Shown here: positions 58,892-64,000 of the stretch, piece after piece
Layout: every line of letters begins with the position of its first letter
Numbering within the stretch: position 1 is the stretch's first letter
DNA from: Nitrosopumilus sp.
GTDB lineage: Archaea; Thermoproteota; Nitrososphaeria; Nitrososphaerales; Nitrosopumilaceae
NCBI GenBank assembly: GCA_965205215.1
Contig: OZ242041.1
Span: 416,001-480,000, forward strand
Length of the DNA stretch: 64,000 nucleotides
Reading direction: 5' to 3'
Notes under the pieces: generated by a model
Told to the model about the DNA's origin: nothing
Databases searched by the model: none
What the model saw: the letters and a program-made list of their open reading frames with translations, nothing else
Translations under genes and position numbers: made by a program

Positions 58892-60553
58892 ATGCGGCTT
58901 TCCGCCGACGTCCAAAATCATTTATGGGAACATGCATTGGTGCGGGTATTGAGGAGATCCCTGTCCGCTGCCGTGGCCGCGGCCGCCGTAGCCGTCGTCA
59001 TATCCGGCGCGCTGTATGCGGTTCCGATGGGCGCGGTGGATCAGTTTGCAGACGCCAACACGCGCAAAAAGGTGCACTTTACAGAGACCCTCACGTCGTC
59101 GGCCGATCCCGGCATGTCTGACGCGGACCTGGTGTCTGGGCAGCCGCAGCAGCAGCAAGAGGAAAGGCACATCGCGTTCGTCCTGTCGCCCAATCCCGGC
59201 ACCATATACGACGGCTCCATGACCTTTGCGTCGAGCGCGCCGGTGGACGTGATGGTGCTCCACGCGATCACCTCAGAGGACATCCAAGACGCCGCGGACT
59301 ACGGGCTTCCTGTGTGGACTGTGGACGGGCAGACCAGGTACGCGGCCTCCGTCATTGGGACCGGTGCGGGCGCGGCCTCAGTCGAGTTTACCGGGGCGGC
59401 AGTCGCGCTGTACGGGGAGGACCGGTTTGCCGCCACCGTGAGCGTGGACGGCTGGGTGCGCGGCGAGCCCACCCCCGTGATCATGCAGACCATCTCAGTC
59501 GAGACGCCGCCCGGCGATCCGCACCTGCCGCTCTCAAGGACCAGCGTGCCCGCGGTCATACCTATGCACGAGGGCATGTACGAGGGCGACCCGCTGCTGT
59601 ACATCATAACCGACGCGGGGGACGCAGACTACGCGGCGGAGATATCAGAGGCGCAGGGATGGCGCGTGCAGCACTCACCGGTTCTGGCCCTGCCGCCCGA
59701 CTCGCCTGCCGCCCCGCTGCCGGAGTCTGTCCTGCAGCAGGTCTACGTGTTTACAAACGGGATAGAGGGCGACGGGCTGTACGGGTACCAGACCGAGGTC
59801 TTTTCGTCAACGCCTGCCGGGGCGGGGTACAGCGCGCTGAGCGAGGTCATAAAGGTGGCGTGGAAGCCAGGACAGAACGAGATCACGCTTGAGAGCGTCG
59901 ACGACATACTCAGGGAGGAGGAGGCCGGACGCGTATCACTTGGTGATGACGTGGTTATAGTAAACATGCCGCAGGTCAGGTGGCCGGGCGACGGGGGCGG
60001 CAACACTGACGGCAGCAAAGACCAGCGCCACGACCAGGCAGCTGTGCGCGGGGACGCCGACTTTTCGGGCCAGATGCCGTACGGTGGCGGCCAGATAACT
60101 GAGATTGACACGGAGAACATGACCGTGACGTTCGTGGCCCACCGCGGATGGGGCCCCGACGGGCGCACCACGTACCACATTGTGACCGGCGCGACCCCGG
60201 AGCGCCCCGCCGGCATAATAGGGGTCGAGTCCGTACCCGCGTATGCAGGTTTGGTTGACCACGCCGCCGCAGCCGATCTCTACGTCTTTGAGAACGGCGT
60301 CACGGGCTCCGGCTCCCTGGGGTTCCAGGCCCCGATATTTGGCGCCGAACCCGGGTGGCAGAACGGCACCACGTACACGCCCCTGTGGCGGGTGCATACC
60401 GTGGAGTGGAACGATCCGGCCCACGCGACCGTGCTTGAGAACGTGGCCGACATAGAGTCGTTCCGGGACGAGGGGATGCTGACGGCGGGCCTCGCGCGGC
60501 CAACCAACAGCTACTATGTGATCAACGCGCCCCTCGTAGACCCGTTCCAGTAA
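58892..60553 (+). CDS. Exported acidic hypothetical protein with internal repeat
   Basis: Signal/TM segment; duplicated Y.F.NG..G.G..G(Y/F)Q..F...P....Y(S/T).L..V.W..IVN.P motif. Confidence 0.75.
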   Translation: MRLSADVQNHLWEHALVRVLRRSLSAAVAAAAVAVVISGALYAVPMGAVDQFADANTRKKVHFTETLTSSADPGMSDADLVSGQPQQQQEERHIAFVLSPNPGTIYDGSMTFASSAPVDVMVLHAITSEDIQDAADYGLPVWTVDGQTRYAASVIGTGAGAASVEFTGAAVALYGEDRFAATVSVDGWVRGEPTPVIMQTISVETPPGDPHLPLSRTSVPAVIPMHEGMYEGDPLLYIITDAGDADYAAEISEAQGWRVQHSPVLALPPDSPAAPLPESVLQQVYVFTNGIEGDGLYGYQTEVFSSTPAGAGYSALSEVIKVAWKPGQNEITLESVDDILREEEAGRVSLGDDVVIVNMPQVRWPGDGGGNTDGSKDQRHDQAAVRGDADFSGQMPYGGGQITEIDTENMTVTFVAHRGWGPDGRTTYHIVTGATPERPAGIIGVESVPAYAGLVDHAAAADLYVFENGVTGSGSLGFQAPIFGAEPGWQNGTTYTPLWRVHTVEWNDPAHATVLENVADIESFRDEGMLTAGLARPTNSYYVINAPLVDPFQ

Positions 60554-60685
60554 ATTATTGGCGCGGATGCCGCCGGCCGGCCGGCGCCGCAGCCGCCCGC
60601 CCGCGCGGGATCTGCTGAAAAACATCCCCTCGATCCGCGGGGGCGGCCGCTACGGATAAATTGCGACCGGCCCCTGCGTCACTAC

Positions 60686-61477
60686 GTGGCAGGCAAGCTG
60701 TTCATAGTCGGCGTCGGGCCGGGACACCATGACCACATGACGTTTCGCGCAAAGGAGGCCATTGCCCAGAGCGACACCATCGTCGGATACGAGACGTACG
60801 TCAACCTGGTCAAGGACCTCATCGACGGCAAGACCGTATACCGGTACGCCATGACGCAGGAGGTCGAGCGGGCCCAGCAGTGCATCGACCTTGCAAGGTC
60901 CGGCAAGACCGTGTCGCTCGTGTCAAGCGGCGACCCCGGAATATACGGGATGGCGGGCCTCATATACGAGACGCTTGCCGAGTCGGGCTGGAACCCCTCC
61001 GCCAAGGACGGGGCGGCCGACCCCGAGGTGGAGATTGTCCCGGGTATATCCGCGCTGAACTCCTGCGCGTCGATAGTGGGCTCGCCCCTCATGACGGACT
61101 TTGCCGTGGTCAGCATGTCGGACCTGCTGGTCCCGTGGGAGATCATAGTAAAGCGGGTGGAGGCCGCGGCCGCGGGCGACTTTGTCCTTGTGATATATAA
61201 TCCGGCAAGCAAGCGGCGCATACACCAGCTGCAGGACACGCGTGAGATACTGCTGCGGCACCGCAAGCCGGAGACGCCCGTCGCCATAATAAAGGGCGCG
61301 TTCAGGGACTCTGAGACGGTGGTGCTGACGGATCTCCAGAGCCTTCCGGACCACTCCGACAAGCTTGGCATGATAAGCACGGTCATAGTGGGGAACTCTT
61401 CTACGTACACGTACGGCGACCTGATGATAAACCCCCGCGGCTATACGTCAAAGTACAGGCTCGGCGCGGCGTCGTGA
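60686..61477 (+). CDS. cobJ: Precorrin-3B C17-methyltransferase
   Basis: VGVGPG, VSSGDPGIYGMA, SMSDLLVPW, YNP, MINPRGY. Confidence 0.93.
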   Translation: MAGKLFIVGVGPGHHDHMTFRAKEAIAQSDTIVGYETYVNLVKDLIDGKTVYRYAMTQEVERAQQCIDLARSGKTVSLVSSGDPGIYGMAGLIYETLAESGWNPSAKDGAADPEVEIVPGISALNSCASIVGSPLMTDFAVVSMSDLLVPWEIIVKRVEAAAAGDFVLVIYNPASKRRIHQLQDTREILLRHRKPETPVAIIKGAFRDSETVVLTDLQSLPDHSDKLGMISTVIVGNSSTYTYGDLMINPRGYTSKYRLGAAS

Positions 61478-61542
61478 GCGACTCGAGCATTGGCGCACAG
61501 GCCGCGGCAGACAGGCAGCAGCCCCGTAATCCGCGCCGCGCG

Positions 61543-62613
61543 TCACTGGGAACTGCCTCTGATGGCCTCTGCCGTCTCGTCTGACAGTGTAAGCCTGTCC
61601 CTTATTGGGGCCACGATTTTTGCAAGCTCGCCGCCTATGGCGCGCTTCAGGTCGGCCGGGTGCAGGCTGCGGGAGCCAAACGCCGACTCTAGCGACTCGT
61701 AGCTGTCGTACGAGACGTTTCCGCCGAATTTTTCCGGACGCTCAACCGTAACGACCCTGCCCGCGTCATGGAACACGATGCTCTTTGCGATTGCCAGCAC
61801 CGGATTGTTCTCTATATCGCCCTCCTCGCACCACGCCTTTTTGATCTTTTTTTGTATCTGCTCGTCCGTATCGTGCATGAAGACGCTGGAGTCGGGATCC
61901 GACTTGCTCATCTTGGCGCCCGCCTGCGGTCCGCCTGCGGCGACGCCGCCGCCGCCGCTGGTGGGCCTTGAGAGTCCCGGCAGCAGCCCGTGGTGGACGG
62001 CGACGGGAACCTTCCATCCCATCTTTGGAAATATCTCCCTTACCAGCATGTGTATCCTGCGCTGGTCCATCCCCGCATGCGCGATGTCCACGTCAAGGGA
62101 GTGTATGTCGACTGCCTGCATGGGCGGGTATAGGAGCCTTGCCAGGCCCATGTTCTTCTCGTCCTCTGAGCGCCCCATTATGGTAAGGGCCCTCTTGGTG
62201 CGCTCAAGGGACATGTGCTTTGTGAACGTGACCAGCTCCTGCCAGTACCCTGGCTTTTCGTTGTACAGGTCGGTTCCGAGCCTTATCTCGGCGTCGGGGC
62301 AGACCAGCCTGAACGCGTCCCGGTAGTATCTGGTAACCCTTGATACGGCGTCCCAACTTCCTCCCAGTTTGTCGTTTATTACGGTGTGCCAGTCGGCCAG
62401 AAACACGGTGCATCTGACGCCGGCCCTCGCAAAGTCGTTTATCTTGTAGCCGACGCTCAGGAGGCTCCCCAAGTGCAGAAACCCTGAGATCTCCAGGCCT
62501 ATGTAGTGCCTCGGCGCGTCGTTCGTCTCGAGTATGGTCCTCAGGTCGTCCTCCGTTACGATCTCCTGGGTGGGCGGCGCGGCAATCAGCCTTATTCTAT
62601 CCTCAACATCCAA
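61543..62613 (-). CDS. tyrS: Tyrosine-tRNA ligase (archaeal)
   Basis: YIGLEISGFLHLGS, YPPMQAVD, GMDQR, KMSKS. Confidence 0.95.
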   Translation of the reverse strand: MDVEDRIRLIAAPPTQEIVTEDDLRTILETNDAPRHYIGLEISGFLHLGSLLSVGYKINDFARAGVRCTVFLADWHTVINDKLGGSWDAVSRVTRYYRDAFRLVCPDAEIRLGTDLYNEKPGYWQELVTFTKHMSLERTKRALTIMGRSEDEKNMGLARLLYPPMQAVDIHSLDVDIAHAGMDQRRIHMLVREIFPKMGWKVPVAVHHGLLPGLSRPTSGGGGVAAGGPQAGAKMSKSDPDSSVFMHDTDEQIQKKIKKAWCEEGDIENNPVLAIAKSIVFHDAGRVVTVERPEKFGGNVSYDSYESLESAFGSRSLHPADLKRAIGGELAKIVAPIRDRLTLSDETAEAIRGSSQ

Positions 62614-62776
62614 CCAAGTTTGGTTGACGGCGGTAAACGTATAAAGCTACGCGCGGGATCGGCCCCGGCGTGGCCAGTCACGGCCGCCATCTTGCTCGCC
62701 CTTCGCGCGCGTCAGGCGCCCCCGATTGTGGCGCGGCCGCAACAACAGCTTCCCTGCGGGCGCGCCGCCGTGCGCG

Positions 62777-63337
62777 CTAGTCGAGCTCCTTTCTTGGTCT
62801 TGTGCTCAGGTACAGGGCGTGCGCGCTTATGATGAACCCTGCAAGGAATATCTTTGTCGCAAAGACCAGGTTCCAGGGCCTGTCCGGATCCGGATAGGCC
62901 ACCGACAGGCGGTCTATGTCGGGGACCACGCCGTCCGCCACCCCGGCCGCTATCTGGGCGTTGAGGACGGTAAAGTTGTACAGGACCTCGTACAGCGTGA
63001 TGATGGCAAACCCGACTAGCATAAGCTGCAGCAGGGCCATCCTGGTTCCTGTGATCTTGTCCCCCGCTGTCTTCTTCCACCCTATCCTGGAGACGCAGTA
63101 CCAGCCCACCACGGCGGAGAAGAACAGCCACGTGGAGACCCTCGCAAAGTTCTCAAACGGAATGGTGGTGTTGTGTACGACCTCCCCCATGACGTAGGTG
63201 CCGTTCTCGAGCCACTCGATGGTGGTTGCGTACGCCCCGTATGCGGCCCCCGTCGCCATGACAGCCGCGCACAGGTAAAAGACGTACAGGTACACCCTGT
63301 ATGCCGCGTCAGTCTCCTGCAAGTGGCCAGACTCCAT
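62777..63337 (-). CDS. Four-TM membrane protein
   Basis: Hydrophobic segments; start MESGHL. Confidence 0.7.
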   Translation of the reverse strand: MESGHLQETDAAYRVYLYVFYLCAAVMATGAAYGAYATTIEWLENGTYVMGEVVHNTTIPFENFARVSTWLFFSAVVGWYCVSRIGWKKTAGDKITGTRMALLQLMLVGFAIITLYEVLYNFTVLNAQIAAGVADGVVPDIDRLSVAYPDPDRPWNLVFATKIFLAGFIISAHALYLSTRPRKELD

Positions 63338-63387
63338 ACGGCGCGTCTGGATCTTGAAATATAAGAATTCTTGCCGCCCGGCCAGTC

Positions 63388-64000
63388 TCAATTCACGGGA
63401 ACCGGCTCAATGCGTTTCCCCACGGGCAGGGCAAAGTAGAAATTACTTCCCTCCCCCTCCGTGCTCTCTACGTTTATCTTGCCGCCCAGGCTCTCCACCA
63501 TTCCCTTGCAGATTGACAGGCCAAGTCCGGTTCCGCCGTGCTTCCTGCTGTGTGACGTGTCGGCCTGATAGAACTTTGCGAACAGCTGCTTCTGCTTCTC
63601 CGGCGGTATGCCGATCCCGTTGTCCTTCACTGAGAAGACAACGTCGGAGTCCTTCCGCTCCGCGGCTATCGTAATTCTGCCGGTATCCTTTGGCACAAAG
63701 TCAATCGCATTGTATACCAGGTTCGTGATCACCTGCTTGACCCTGTCAATGTCGCTGACCATCATGATCTCTTCTTTGCCTGCTACCGTACACTGTATCG
63801 TGACTCCCTTCTCCTGCGCCGTGAGCTGGAAGGACTTTTCTATGACGGCCATCAGGCTGTTTACCGACATCTCCTTGAGGGCGAACTTCATCTTTCCCAG
63901 TTCCAGCTTGTGCGCGTCGAGCAGGTCCCCTATCAGCTTCTTGAGCGTAGTGGCATTCGACAGGATGGTGTTCAGTGCCTCCATCTGCTTCTCATTCATC
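63388..64000 (-). CDS. Sensor histidine kinase, HATPase_c domain (5' end outside window)
   Basis: QVITNLVYNAIDF, DNGIGI, FYQAD, GGTGLGLSI. Confidence 0.92.
   Translation of the reverse strand, partial: MNEKQMEALNTILSNATTLKKLIGDLLDAHKLELGKMKFALKEMSVNSLMAVIEKSFQLTAQEKGVTIQCTVAGKEEIMMVSDIDRVKQVITNLVYNAIDFVPKDTGRITIAAERKDSDVVFSVKDNGIGIPPEKQKQLFAKFYQADTSHSRKHGGTGLGLSICKGMVESLGGKINVESTEGEGSNFYFALPVGKRIEPVPVN

Overview
High-GC genomic segment of an ammonia-oxidising archaeon (Nitrosopumilaceae-type Thaumarchaeota). Cdc6, PolD DP1, CdvB/ESCRT-III, GGGP synthase and a CFI-box-CTERM protein support this; a host-associated lifestyle is only an inference. The window holds the probable replication origin (ORB repeats before cdc6) and mostly housekeeping genes. 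The standout is a complete 3,851-bp IS6-like transposon at 21752-25602, with 35-bp terminal inverted repeats (34/35 identical) and an 8-bp target-site duplication CAATCAGC. Besides an intact DDE transposase it carries a non-canonical tRNA-like gene (anticodon ACG, long variable arm, G73). It also carries a divergent ~60-nt hairpin whose loop is complementary to both the anticodon arm and the variable arm of that tRNA, a 6x16-bp tandem repeat, a DNA methyltransferase-HNH fusion and small ORFs. The tRNA-like gene plus hairpin is a candidate all-RNA toxin-antitoxin or mistranslation module (hypothesis). Other items: two candidate structured ncRNAs (19446-19855), a divergent ESCRT-III-like paralog, a chorismate synthase with altered catalytic motifs in an mscS-kamA-aroC-glnA2 cluster, and small genes missed by the ORF track. 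All calls come from manual motif reading; no database search was run.
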